64,000 nucleotides of DNA, taken from NCBI GenBank assembly GCA_963817685.1, contig CAWFPN010000003.1, positions 401,772 through 465,771 on the forward strand, given 5' to 3'. Within the stretch, counting starts at the first letter, position 1, and each line of letters opens with the position of its first letter. Below the pieces are notes generated by a model. The model did no database searches and was not told the DNA's origin. It saw only the letters and a list, made by a program, of their open reading frames with translations. Source of the DNA: an uncultured Verrucomicrobiae bacterium. GTDB lineage: Bacteria; Verrucomicrobiota; Verrucomicrobiia; Palsa-1439. Made by a program: the position numbers and the translations under genes. Positions 1-8,873 of the stretch are shown piece after piece.

Positions 1-1409
1 GAGGTGATGTTGAGGTTGGTGATGCCGGCATTGCTGATCGTGATGATTTCGGAGCGTGTGCCGCCCTCGGCAACCGCGCCGAAATCGGAGTTCGTCGGCG
101 CGAACGTCACCACGGATTGCGCGAGTGTGGCGCTGCCGCCCAGGTTGATCAGGTTCAGCGGGTTCGATCCCGAGGAGCCGATTTCCAGCGTGGCCTGCGG
201 CGTGTTCGTTGACGACGGTGTGTAGGTGACTGTGACCACCTGCGATGTGCCGGCGGCGATGCCAAACGGCGGGGTCGGCGCCTGCACGGCGTAATCCGGA
301 CTGTTGGTCACCAACGTCACAACGTCCACCGTGCACACCGCGTCGCCGGCGTTGGAAATCGTCACGCTGAGGCTGGCGTTGGTGCCGATCTGCACCGAGC
401 CAAAACCCGACGGCGATGCGCTGACCGTCAGCGAGCACGTGGCTGCCGGCACGGCGCCGGTGCCGGTGACGGAGATAAATTGATTGGGGTTGTCCGGATC
501 GCTGCTGGTCACGCCGATGACGGCGTTCTCCGGCGTGGCGGTCAACGGCGCGAATTGCAAGGAAAGGCTCGACGAGGCGCCGGCGCCCAGCATCAGGGGC
601 AGGGAGGGCGCGGTCAGTGCGTAGTCGGTGCTGCCATTGAGCGTGATGGCGCTGACGGTGCAAACGGCGCTGCCGTTGTTGCGGATCTGCACCGAGAGCG
701 TGCTGTTCGTGCCGACCAGGATGGAGCCAAAGTTCAGGTTTGTCTCGTTCAGCGTGACGTTGCAACTGGGGGCGACGGTGGTCCCGCTGCCGTTCAGCGC
801 CACCACAAAGTTGGTGTTGTCGCCGGAGATCACCAGATCGCCGTTGTCGGGAACGAAGGGCACCACAAACGACGTGATCGTGCCCATGGGTTTGATGTAG
901 CCCAGCGGGGCGATTTGCACAGAGACGGGCTTGGACGGGCCGTTGGTGCTGCAGGGATTGTAGACAAACGTGATCCGCGCCTGCACCTCTGCCGCGATCA
1001 CCCCATCGCCGCCGAAGCCGGTGGCTTGGAGGATCAGCGAGGTGTCCCCGATGTAGAGAGGCACGACGTCATTAAACTGCACGAGTGTGCTGACAATCTT
1101 CCTGGTGGAATGATCGTAAGCGACCAGCCGAAGATCGGGGCGCACCCCTGTCTCCAGGCAATCCATGTCGCCCACGGCAATAGCCAGGCCGATTGACGCG
1201 GCATTGGTGCCCAGCAGCAGGCTCTGCTTGGCATTGAGATTGATGAAATCAACGTGGCTGGGCGTGAATTGGGCGCCTGTGAGAGAGTCCTGCACCGCGA
1301 ACACGTTCGTGTCGCTGGCATACCCGTGCATGGGAAAACAAACCAAACAGGCAGACAAAATCAGACACCACAGCGGTACCCTATCCGCCAACCTCAAACC
1401 GAAAGCCAT
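1..1409 (-). CDS. Large secreted repeat protein, N-terminal part (gene continues beyond the window start). Sec signal peptide followed by repeated Ig-like units of HYDIN/choice-of-anchor-D type.
   Basis: Minus-strand ATG at 1409 gives MAFGLRLADRVPLWCLILSACLVCFPMHGYA (signal-peptide-like). Repeated ~100-aa units follow with the motif LxFGxxxVGTNxSLSVxIxNxGxAxCTVxxxTL. No stop before position 1. Translated by hand; it is not in the ORF track because it is open-ended. Confidence 0.55.
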   Translation of the reverse strand, partial: MAFGLRLADRVPLWCLILSACLVCFPMHGYASDTNVFAVQDSLTGAQFTPSHVDFINLNAKQSLLLGTNAASIGLAIAVGDMDCLETGVRPDLRLVAYDHSTRKIVSTLVQFNDVVPLYIGDTSLILQATGFGGDGVIAAEVQARITFVYNPCSTNGPSKPVSVQIAPLGYIKPMGTITSFVVPFVPDNGDLVISGDNTNFVVALNGSGTTVAPSCNVTLNETNLNFGSILVGTNSTLSVQIRNNGSAVCTVSAITLNGSTDYALTAPSLPLMLGAGASSSLSLQFAPLTATPENAVIGVTSSDPDNPNQFISVTGTGAVPAATCSLTVSASPSGFGSVQIGTNASLSVTISNAGDAVCTVDVVTLVTNSPDYAVQAPTPPFGIAAGTSQVVTVTYTPSSTNTPQATLEIGSSGSNPLNLINLGGSATLAQSVVTFAPTNSDFGAVAEGGTRSEIITISNAGITNLNIT

Positions 1410-1450
1410 AGTGCCGGAAGTGTTGCCCGAAAAAGAAAGTCGGGTCAAGC

Positions 1451-1474
1451 TTTTTAAAAGGGAATTATATACTT
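1451..1474. repeat. Left terminal inverted repeat of the IS1595-family element.
   Basis: 24 bp, the exact reverse complement of 4118-4141. Confidence 0.7.
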
Positions 1475-1509
1475 AAGTCCCCTTTTGTCCGGTAGCGCCT
1501 TAATTTGAA

Positions 1510-2236
1510 TTACTTCTTAGGTTTCGCCGCTTGTCCGTTCTGGACGATAAACGACATTCCAAACGCGCCAATGTTTAGGTACGGCACAAAATCCCATTGC
1601 GGCGTCCGGGCGCGAAACTCAGCGAAGGCGTGCTCTTCTCCGGCTCGTTCTGTTGCTGAAAAGTTAAAGAAGTCGTCGAAGGCAATCATCATCCCATGAC
1701 GTAGCCTTGGCTCCAAGAAACTCAAAACATCCATGGTGCTGGAATACATATCGCAATCCACATATGCGAGGGCGATTTTGCTAGGAGGGTTGGGATAAGG
1801 GAACTTCCCGAGACTTTCGCTGTAGAATCCCTTGATGGCCGTATAGCGACCCGATGTAATGTGATTGCTAGCGCAAATCTTACGGAATTGCTCCAACTGA
1901 GGTAGCCATGGAACCGGCAATCCACTCTGGATGCTCATCTGCCCTGCATTGCTTAGTGGGCATGCCCTCAAAGGAATCAAACGCCCAAAGATGTGATTCG
2001 CGTCCATGGCGGCGAATCTCGCGCCACGCCATGGCAAAAGTCTGGCCGCTGTGGCAACCAAACTCAATGTAATCTCCACTAATCCCATTTGCAGTCAGTA
2101 GGTAGATGGCGCGAGCAAAGAAGGCTTCGCGGTCAATCAAGGCCGTCATCATCGGGGCGTTCGTGAGCGTAGACCATCCGCGTTTCGCCATCCGTACAAC
2201 AGGCTGCGGGACAATTTTCCGAAGAAGTTCGTTCAT
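1510..2236 (-). pseudogene. TylF/MycF-family class I SAM-dependent O-methyltransferase, interrupted by a frameshift.
   Basis: Two overlapping minus ORFs (1880..2236 and 1510..2088) in different frames. Frame A carries ...YIEFGCHSG...WAFDSFEGMP; frame B carries ...LEQFRKI...IALAYVDCDMYSSTMD (the TylF DxDxYEST-like motif). Together they reconstitute one ~240-aa TylF-like protein. The shift lies around 1885-1965. Confidence 0.5.
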
Positions 2237-2340
2237 AATTGTACTCTATATACTCACTTCTGAGCCTTGCTCGCGATTGCCGCCCGCAGTGCAGTTACCG
2301 GGGAATTGCCGTAGTAGAGGGAGTTTTTCATTTCCGAATG

Positions 2341-3159
2341 TCAGGCAAACTCATCGGGTGCGTTAGACTGGCCGAGCAACAACTGTTTTTGTCCGTAAAA
2401 AACAGCGGCGAACAATTCGTAGAAACTTGTTTTCGATGTGGCAGCCTGCAAAAGCGCCGTGACCTTCGTAATGTGTTTTTCGAGATTTTTCTTGGCGTGC
2501 TTTTCAATGAAGGTGTGGAGCTTGAGCAATTCGGCAATGTCGTTTCCGTCACAGTACGCCGTCCGTCGCCGTTTCAGTTCATCGGGAAGTCCGCTGTAAA
2601 GCGGCTCATAGATGAACCGATTTGTCCATCGTCCTACCCAGCTTGGCTTATTTTCGGATTTCTTAAATTCATCCCCATAGAGGCGCAGCAATGCACTGTA
2701 GAATTCGTCAGGGAATGTCTTTTTCCATTCCTCGGGGATTGACAACAGTGCGCGGTCAATCGGTCGCAGCCGGTTTCGGGCGTCACGGAAGGCAAGAATG
2801 AGCCGGAGACGAAATTCCTTATTGTCCTCAGTCGGCCTTGAAAGCGTGAGAAGAAAAGCAATGTGGTCAAAGTTCAAATAGGCAAATTTTTCTGGCCTCC
2901 CAGCCCCGTCCAATAATTTTCCGATTTGAAATCGGAAAACCCCTAATTGTGCAAGCTGGTCGCTGTGTTCTTCAATCAACTTGCGGAGACTTTCGTGTTG
3001 AATGCCGAACAGTTTTGCAACCGCCCGCGAATCGGCCATCAGGTCGGGGCCTTGCTGGTGAATTTTGAGTAGAGATTTCATCCCCTGTTCCTTATTTGCC
3101 GGTCTATATTCCAGCACCTTGTCGGTAATCGCGGCCAGTGCTTCCAGTTCCTTGCTCAA
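2341..3159 (-). CDS. Phage Rha-family regulatory protein with a C-terminal P63C-like domain (passenger gene of the IS element).
   Basis: N-terminal ...LMADSRAVAKLFGIQHESLRKLIEEH resembles the Phage_pRha domain. The C-terminal region is P63C-like. The start overlaps the transposase stop by 4 nt (translational coupling). Confidence 0.45.
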   Translation of the reverse strand: MSKELEALAAITDKVLEYRPANKEQGMKSLLKIHQQGPDLMADSRAVAKLFGIQHESLRKLIEEHSDQLAQLGVFRFQIGKLLDGAGRPEKFAYLNFDHIAFLLTLSRPTEDNKEFRLRLILAFRDARNRLRPIDRALLSIPEEWKKTFPDEFYSALLRLYGDEFKKSENKPSWVGRWTNRFIYEPLYSGLPDELKRRRTAYCDGNDIAELLKLHTFIEKHAKKNLEKHITKVTALLQAATSKTSFYELFAAVFYGQKQLLLGQSNAPDEFA

Positions 3160-4070
3160 GCAATCAATTCCTTGTAGGTGATGCGCCGTCCCGCCGTTGC
3201 CACCGTGAGGCTGTCGAGCCGGTTCATTGTGTGCCGCTTCACATTGCCGTCATTGAGACGGAAGGAAAATTCGTTGATGTAGCGGTTCAGGTGCGGCTTG
3301 CTTGCGTGATGGTAGACCCCGTGCAAACCGCGTTTGAAAACTGCCCAAACACTTTCAATGCCGTTCGTGTGAGCCATGCCCCTCACATATTCTCTCCCGC
3401 TGTGATTGACGGGAAGGTGATTGAATTGCGGCATCCCTCTGTAAGCCCGGTGTTCATCTGTACAAATCGTTGTACCGGGTTCAACCGTCGCGCACACTTC
3501 CGGTTGAATCTCCGCCGCGCTGGTTCCTTCAATCATTTTCGCCCGGACTTTACCGCCTCGTTGGCGCATCCCAAGCACAGTAGCCTTGCCGACCGTCCCG
3601 CGACCGGCCAGAAGCTTTTTGCTCTTGTGCTTGTTGTCCTCTTTGCCGCCCACAAAGGTTTCATCAATTTCGACAATCCCTTGCAGCTTGGTCAAGTCGT
3701 TGCCGCAAGCTTCCCGCAACCGATGGAGTAAAAACCAAGCCGTCTTCTGTGTGATACCGATTTCCTTGGAGAGTTGCAACGAGGAAATCCCTTTGCGTGA
3801 CGTGACCAGCAGATACATTGCATAGAGCCACTTGTGCAGCGGCACATGCGACCGCCCGAAGATGGTGCCGGTGCGTACTGTGAAATCGAATTGGCAGGCA
3901 TTGCAGCGATAGTATCCGCCCTTGCGCGTCGTGATTCGCTCGCCTGTCTTGCAGGTCGGGCACTTGACGCCATTCGGCCAGAGCCGTCCCTCAAGATAGA
4001 CGCGAGCCGATTCTTGGTCGGGAAACTTCTCAAACAACTGGAAAGTGCTTATGGTGACTTTGTCGTTCAT
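3156..4070 (-). CDS. IS1595-family (ISXO2-like) DDE transposase.
   Basis: N-terminal transposase zinc ribbon (CPTCKTGERIT...YRCNACQFDF) and a DDE_Tnp_IS1595-like core (IVEIDETFVGGK...ICTDEHRAYRG...). 304 aa. Confidence 0.85.
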   Translation of the reverse strand: MNDKVTISTFQLFEKFPDQESARVYLEGRLWPNGVKCPTCKTGERITTRKGGYYRCNACQFDFTVRTGTIFGRSHVPLHKWLYAMYLLVTSRKGISSLQLSKEIGITQKTAWFLLHRLREACGNDLTKLQGIVEIDETFVGGKEDNKHKSKKLLAGRGTVGKATVLGMRQRGGKVRAKMIEGTSAAEIQPEVCATVEPGTTICTDEHRAYRGMPQFNHLPVNHSGREYVRGMAHTNGIESVWAVFKRGLHGVYHHASKPHLNRYINEFSFRLNDGNVKRHTMNRLDSLTVATAGRRITYKELIA

Positions 4071-4117
4071 ACTCGATTTCCTTTATGCCCCAACTATAGC
4101 ATTTTCTGCTAGGTAGT

Positions 4118-4141
4118 CAAGTATATAATTCCCTTTTAAAA
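4118..4141. repeat. Right terminal inverted repeat of the IS1595-family element.
   Basis: 24 bp, the exact reverse complement of 1451-1474. Confidence 0.7.
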
Positions 4142-4179
4142 ACCCCCGGGCAAGGCGGGAAAAGGCGCGGGAAGCGACG

Positions 4180-5196
4180 CTATTTCGCGGCACGGGGGGG
4201 CCGGATGGGAACGTCGACCTCTTCCTGTGTCCAGCGGTAGATGATTTCACGGTAATGCAAATTCAACGCCGCGCCCAGCGCGATCATGCACAGGATCGCC
4301 AGGCTGAAAACGATGTAGCTCGAATAATCGTGGTAGATCTTCATCGCGAACTCCTGGCCAAACCCCTGCGCCACCAGCGCCACCGTGGTGATCCGGGCCA
4401 GGTTGCCGATCACGGCCAGCGGGATGCTCGCGAAAAACAGCAGCCACTTCTTCCAGGCCGTGTTCATCGTCACGTAGCCGTACAACGACGTCAACGCCAT
4501 CAACGCCACCAGCGAGCGGATCCCGCTGCACGGGTCCGCCACGTCCAGCGGCTGGAAGCGTTGCGCGTGCGAGTAAATCCCCGTGCCGTCCTGGTACACG
4601 TCCATGCCCAGCCCGTTCAGCAGCGTGGTCGAAAATTTGGCGACGAACATGCGCAGCGGAAAGGAAACGTAGGGCTCAAGGAAATTCAGCGGGATCATGA
4701 ACAACAGGAATGCGCAGGGAAACCAGAGTTCCTTGGCCCATGCCCACCCCGCCAGATAGAGCACCAACCCGAAGATCAACACCACCATCGATCCCGCGAC
4801 GAGCCGCGGATTTTCCGCGCGCACGCCGCCCCAGTACATCGCCATGGCCAGCACCACCACCACCAGGCCGAAATTCGGCGTGCTCATCGGGACCGCGTGC
4901 AGCTTGGTCTTCCACCGCCAGATGAACAACCCCACCGCCGCCACCGGCACCACGTACCCATGCGCGTACTCGCCGCCACGGCTCCAGTAGGACAACAGCC
5001 AGCCCACCAAGGACGTCGGCGTCACGCCCACCACACACGTCTTGGCGATCACGTAGGCGTAAAAAACCAGCCCAATCGCGGCCAGCAACAGCAAGCCGCG
5101 TTTCTTCGCTTCCGGATCGGAAGATGCCGGAGAATCGCCAGGTGCAGACTTCCCGCCCGGTGGGGAAAACAAATCCCACAGATTAGTCGCCTTCAT
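4180..5196 (-). CDS. Exosortase (XrtA/EpsH-like), the transpeptidase of the PEP-CTERM sorting system.
   Basis: Polytopic membrane protein containing the exosortase hallmark DPCSGIRS with a conserved Cys. A PEP-CTERM substrate is present at 31856..32890. Confidence 0.7.
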   Translation of the reverse strand: MKATNLWDLFSPPGGKSAPGDSPASSDPEAKKRGLLLLAAIGLVFYAYVIAKTCVVGVTPTSLVGWLLSYWSRGGEYAHGYVVPVAAVGLFIWRWKTKLHAVPMSTPNFGLVVVVLAMAMYWGGVRAENPRLVAGSMVVLIFGLVLYLAGWAWAKELWFPCAFLLFMIPLNFLEPYVSFPLRMFVAKFSTTLLNGLGMDVYQDGTGIYSHAQRFQPLDVADPCSGIRSLVALMALTSLYGYVTMNTAWKKWLLFFASIPLAVIGNLARITTVALVAQGFGQEFAMKIYHDYSSYIVFSLAILCMIALGAALNLHYREIIYRWTQEEVDVPIRPPRAAK

Positions 5197-5250
5197 ACTT
5201 GAAACCTATTGAGTATCAGCCAGAACCGCTTGAAAGTCAAATCTGGCCTG

Positions 5251-5340
5251 CTTCCGGTCGTGGGCCAATTTGTTGTAGTGGCGTCCCTCCCGGACGCTTC
5301 TGCCAGCCCCGCCGCCGGGACGGCGGCCGCTACAACCCGA
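5251..5340. repeat. REP/MITE-like palindromic repeat, family A copy.
   Basis: TTGTAGTGGCGTCC..CCGGGACGGCGGCCGCTACAAC hairpin plus a CAACAGTTCATATCCCATGGC tail. Homologous copies at 7329-7640, 30181-30260 and 44765-44890 (inverted). Confidence 0.7.
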
Positions 5341-5431
5341 CGGGCACCGCAGCCAACAGTTCATATCCCATGGCGGTTTTGAAACCGACCCACCACCCTG
5401 CTTCCCACCAGCACACGATAGACCGTCATCT

Positions 5432-7264
5432 CTAGCGGGCGCGGTCGGTTATCAGAATCTGCTCGCCGTCCCGTGTCATGGGACGGGAGATGCGCAGGGG
5501 CAAATTCGGATTCGGCCGCTGGAACATCATCAGCCATTCCTGTTGATACCCCGAGAGCATCTCCAGCACGTCCTGCTGTTGCAGCGTCGCCTGGGTCAGG
5601 TAAATCCCCGAAATGACGCGGACGTTGTCGTTGATGGCCAGGTAATTCTTCGTGTCAAACGGCTTCCAAATCGTCGTCCGGTCCGCGTACCACGCCACCG
5701 CCCAGGGAACGTCGCTGACCAACACCTCGTTTTCATTAAAGGCCTTGCCCAGGACGCCGATCACGCCGCTGTGGTACGGCGGATACGGATCGGTGGTGAC
5801 CGGCGGCAGGATCGCCAGCACAAACGGAATCACGTTCAATCCCGCAAACAAGCCGATCATCCCATACCGCGTCACCCGCGTCCGGAACTGCAGCCGCTCG
5901 AACATCACATAAAAGAACGCCGACCCGTAGACGATCACCAGCGGCGCGAACATGGTCAGGAAATTCCAGCGCGGCGGCCCCGCCACGCTCAGCCACACGA
6001 CGCAGCCCATCAGGCTCCACAAGAGAAACCTCCGCAGCCGGAACACTTCGTCGCGGCGAAACCGGTGCAGCAGCGAGACGAAGAAAAATGCGATGAGATA
6101 GTTCGCGCCAATGTCCTTGATCGTCACCTGGTACAACAGCCGGAGGTTCACCAGCCCCTTGCGCATCAGGGCCCGGAACCGCAGGTACGGGGCCGGACCG
6201 AACGTCCGTTCCACCTGCCCCGGCTTGATCTCCGTCGGCGATCCGCGGCCGGTATCGTCCCAGACGCTGTACGGGGCCAGGCCAAACACCGAGCCGCACA
6301 CCTTCTCGTTCCTCATCATCCACGGCGTCATCACCAGCGCAAACACCGCCAGACACAGGCCCACCTTGAGGTACCATTGTTTGGGGAACGACACCGCCAC
6401 GTACACCAGCAACGGCGGCAGCACACTGATAAACGCGTACTGCGTCAACGTCCCCAGCGCCACCGCCAGCACGCTCACCGCCAGCGCCCCGTCCACCCAC
6501 CAGCGCGACCGGCTGCCCGTCTGCTTCCATTGCTCCGCCTTGAACACCCCGTAGGTCGCCAGCAGGAACATCACCGTCATAAATTCCACCGGCAACCCCT
6601 CAATCGAGTACGCCAGCAGCGGTTCGCAAAACAAATACAGAAACGCGCTCATCACCGCCACCCGATGATCGAACAAATCTCGCGCCAGGATGTACGTCAG
6701 CAACAGCCCCACCAGAAACAGCATCCAGCCCATGAGCATCAGCAGCCGGTCGCACGGCAGCTTCTGCGTGCGCGTGATATCATACGCATACTCCAGTTCC
6801 TCCGGCGTGGCGTGCATCATCCAGCCCGACGTATTCAGTTCCGGTGTCAACGTCACCGTGAAATCCGGTTTCACCACCCGCAACATCAACGAGAACAGCC
6901 AGGGATACACCGGCGGCGTCCACAATTCAGGGACCGAGTCCCTGGTCCCTTCGATGGTCGGTTTGCCGACGGAGTTGAGATAGTAAATGTCGAACGGCCG
7001 AACGGCCTTGGTCACGTAGCCGCGGCCCTCCGCGAGATTGTGCGCCAACTGCCCCATGTCCATCGCCATCGGATCACGCAACCCGTAGAACTGCGCGCCC
7101 GTGTACAACAGAATCACCAGCAACGTCAGCAGACAAAACAACCCCAGCCGGAACCAATGCACCCCTATCCCCACGTCCAACTTGAAAATCAAATCCTGGA
7201 CCCGCTCGAACAGCGGCTTGTTCTCCGCCTCCGGATCTCTATTCTTGCTGGCAATCAAAGGCAT
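5432..7264 (-). CDS. Large polytopic membrane protein, putative GT-C-fold glycosyltransferase (ArnT/PMT-like).
   Basis: 610 aa with >10 predicted TM helices and large loops. Sits adjacent to the exosortase. Family assignment is tentative. Confidence 0.4.
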   Translation of the reverse strand: MPLIASKNRDPEAENKPLFERVQDLIFKLDVGIGVHWFRLGLFCLLTLLVILLYTGAQFYGLRDPMAMDMGQLAHNLAEGRGYVTKAVRPFDIYYLNSVGKPTIEGTRDSVPELWTPPVYPWLFSLMLRVVKPDFTVTLTPELNTSGWMMHATPEELEYAYDITRTQKLPCDRLLMLMGWMLFLVGLLLTYILARDLFDHRVAVMSAFLYLFCEPLLAYSIEGLPVEFMTVMFLLATYGVFKAEQWKQTGSRSRWWVDGALAVSVLAVALGTLTQYAFISVLPPLLVYVAVSFPKQWYLKVGLCLAVFALVMTPWMMRNEKVCGSVFGLAPYSVWDDTGRGSPTEIKPGQVERTFGPAPYLRFRALMRKGLVNLRLLYQVTIKDIGANYLIAFFFVSLLHRFRRDEVFRLRRFLLWSLMGCVVWLSVAGPPRWNFLTMFAPLVIVYGSAFFYVMFERLQFRTRVTRYGMIGLFAGLNVIPFVLAILPPVTTDPYPPYHSGVIGVLGKAFNENEVLVSDVPWAVAWYADRTTIWKPFDTKNYLAINDNVRVISGIYLTQATLQQQDVLEMLSGYQQEWLMMFQRPNPNLPLRISRPMTRDGEQILITDRAR

Positions 7265-7328
7265 GATGGTCTGTCCCGCAGCTTATCCCACACCCCCCAC
7301 CCCGCGCAAGACCCATGCCGACCCCGTC

Positions 7329-7640
7329 GTGGGCCAATTTGTTGTAGCGGCGTCCGTCCCGGACGCTTCTGCCCGCCCCGCCGCCAACAGTTCATATCCC
7401 ATGGCACTTTCAAAACCGACCCACTACCTGCGACCTGGTCGTGGGCCAATTTGTTGTAGCGGCGTCCGTCCCGGACGCTTCGGCCGGCCCCGCCGCCAAC
7501 AGTTCATATCCCATGGCACTTTCAAAACCGACCCACTACCTGCGACCTGGTCGTGGGCCAATTTGTTGTAGCGGCGTCCGTCCCGAACGCTTCTGCCGGC
7601 CCCGCCGCCGGGACGGCGGCCGCTACAACCCGGCAAAGCC
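7329..7640. repeat. Three tandem 112-bp copies of REP/MITE family A.
   Basis: Units start at 7329, 7441 and 7553 (GTGGGCCAATTTGTTGTAGCGGCGTCCGTCCCGGACGCTTC...). The third copy carries the full hairpin with the second arm CCGGGACGGCGGCCGCTACAAC. Confidence 0.75.
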
Positions 7641-7695
7641 GCCCCCCCATCATCATCCAATTGTCTCCGCACACCCCATCTGGTACACTCCGTAC

Positions 7696-8227
7696 CATGC
7701 AAACGTCCCTCGTGATGACCATTATCGGCACCGACCGCCCCGGCCTGGTCGGCCGACTCTCCGCCGTCATCGCCGACCACGGCGGCAACTGGGTTGAAAG
7801 CCGCATGGCCCACCTCGGCGGCCGATTCGCCGGCATCCTCCGCGTCGAACTCCCGGCCGAAAACGAACGGCCCCTCCTCGCCGCCCTGCGCGCCCTCGAA
7901 ACCGAAGGCCTCTCCGTCCAAGCCCAAAAAGACGAAACCGCCCCGCCCCTTGCCGCCCAGAGATCCGCCATCGTCGAAACCGTCGGCCACGACCGCCCCG
8001 GCATCGTCCGCCAAATTTCCCAGGTCCTCGCCCAACACGGCGTCAACGTCGAAGAACTGACCACCACCTGCGAAAGCGCCGCCCAAACCGGCGGCCAACT
8101 CTTCCGCGCCACCGCCCGCGTCCAACTCCCCGACTCCTGCCCCCTCCCCCAACTCCAAAAAGCCCTCGAAGAAATCGCCACCGACCTCATGATCGACATC
8201 ACCCTAAAACCCACCCCCTCCCCGTAG
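7696..8227 (+). CDS. ACT-domain protein, glycine cleavage system regulator GcvR-like (two ACT domains).
   Basis: MQTSLVMTIIGTDRPGLVGRLSAVIADHGGNWVESRMAHLGGRFAG... and a second ACT domain IVETVGHDRPGIVRQISQVLAQHGVNVEEL. The ORF-track N-terminal extension lies inside REP repeats and is rejected. Confidence 0.65.
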
Positions 8228-8428
8228 CCACCCGTTAGAAAATCCAGTCCCAACTGTAGCGGCGGTTTGCCGCCCCGACCCCTCGGCCTCTCCTCTCGTC
8301 GAGTATGACCGCCGAAATCCCAAGTCGTAGGTAGGGCGTGTTCGCCGAACGCGCCGCGTCCGTTCTTGGAGAGTTTTCAGTGCACAGAGAAAACGAGAGA
8401 TTCAGCACGAATTCACGAAGGCAGGATT

Positions 8429-8611
8429 CTACTTCAGGCCGAGCTTGGCCTTGACTTCGGCGGTGGAGTAACTGGCTTTGCCTTCGTTCACGGCGCGGGC
8501 TTCGAGTAGATCGAGATAATCATGCAGGTCTTGCATCCGTTCCCGCATTTTGCGAATTTCCCTCAGCACCTGCGTTTGCTGCTTCTTAAATTTGCCGGTT
8601 GGCCTAATCAT
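8429..8611 (-). CDS. Hypothetical small protein (60 aa), flanked by REP family D hairpins.
   Basis: ORF MIRPTGKFKKQQTQVLREIRKMRERMQDLHDYLDLLEARAVNEGKASYSTAEVKAKLGLK. Charged and coiled-coil-like. No homology recognised. Confidence 0.3.
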   Translation of the reverse strand: MIRPTGKFKKQQTQVLREIRKMRERMQDLHDYLDLLEARAVNEGKASYSTAEVKAKLGLK

Positions 8612-8873
8612 AAACGTCTTTCCGATGCCCGATCTTCCGAGCGCGGAATTTTAGGCCGAAAGCCCGTGACAAGACAAGGCCTGTGTACCGGAGCGCGCGG
8701 TGCTTGCGCGCAAGCAGCATGATTCACAGGCTCGTTGTTTCTGTCGCCGTAGGCGGTCTTGCCCGCCTTAGGTAGGGCGCGTTCGCCGAACGCGCCGCTT
8801 TCCGAATATGACTCATCGTCCGTGGACTTTTGGACGTGCTGGGTATGAAATGCGGACCGTGCGGACGCGAACG

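Larger units (their letters stand above)
1451..4141 (-). mobile_element. IS1595-family insertion element carrying passenger genes (methyltransferase pseudogene, Rha/P63C-like gene, transposase), bounded by 24-bp inverted repeats.
   Basis: Perfect 24-bp inverted repeats TTTTTAAAAGGGAATTATATACTT at 1451-1474 and its reverse complement at 4118-4141. A DDE IS1595-type transposase starts 70 bp inside the right IR. GC is lower than the surroundings. No flanking target-site duplication found. Confidence 0.6.

Noticed and set aside
5199-5435. Small ORFs translating REP family A (5199..5435, 7101..7571, 7441..7797, 30053..30286)
   Set aside because: Their conserved GPICCSGVRPGRFC peptide is simply the hairpin repeat read in-frame. 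Not genes.
4255-7459. Plus-strand ORFs 4255..5202 and 5543..7459
   Set aside because: Antisense to the exosortase and the GT-C-like membrane protein. Arg/His/Gln-rich junk.
7329-7640. Possible CRISPR array
   Set aside because: The repeats are contiguous 112-bp units with no unique spacers, and no cas genes are nearby. It is a tandem REP/MITE instead.
8230-8430. tRNA or ncRNA in intergenic regions
   Set aside because: Scanned all the larger intergenic gaps by eye for T-loop (GGTTCGAATCC-like) and acceptor-stem patterns. None found. The hairpins present are REP elements.
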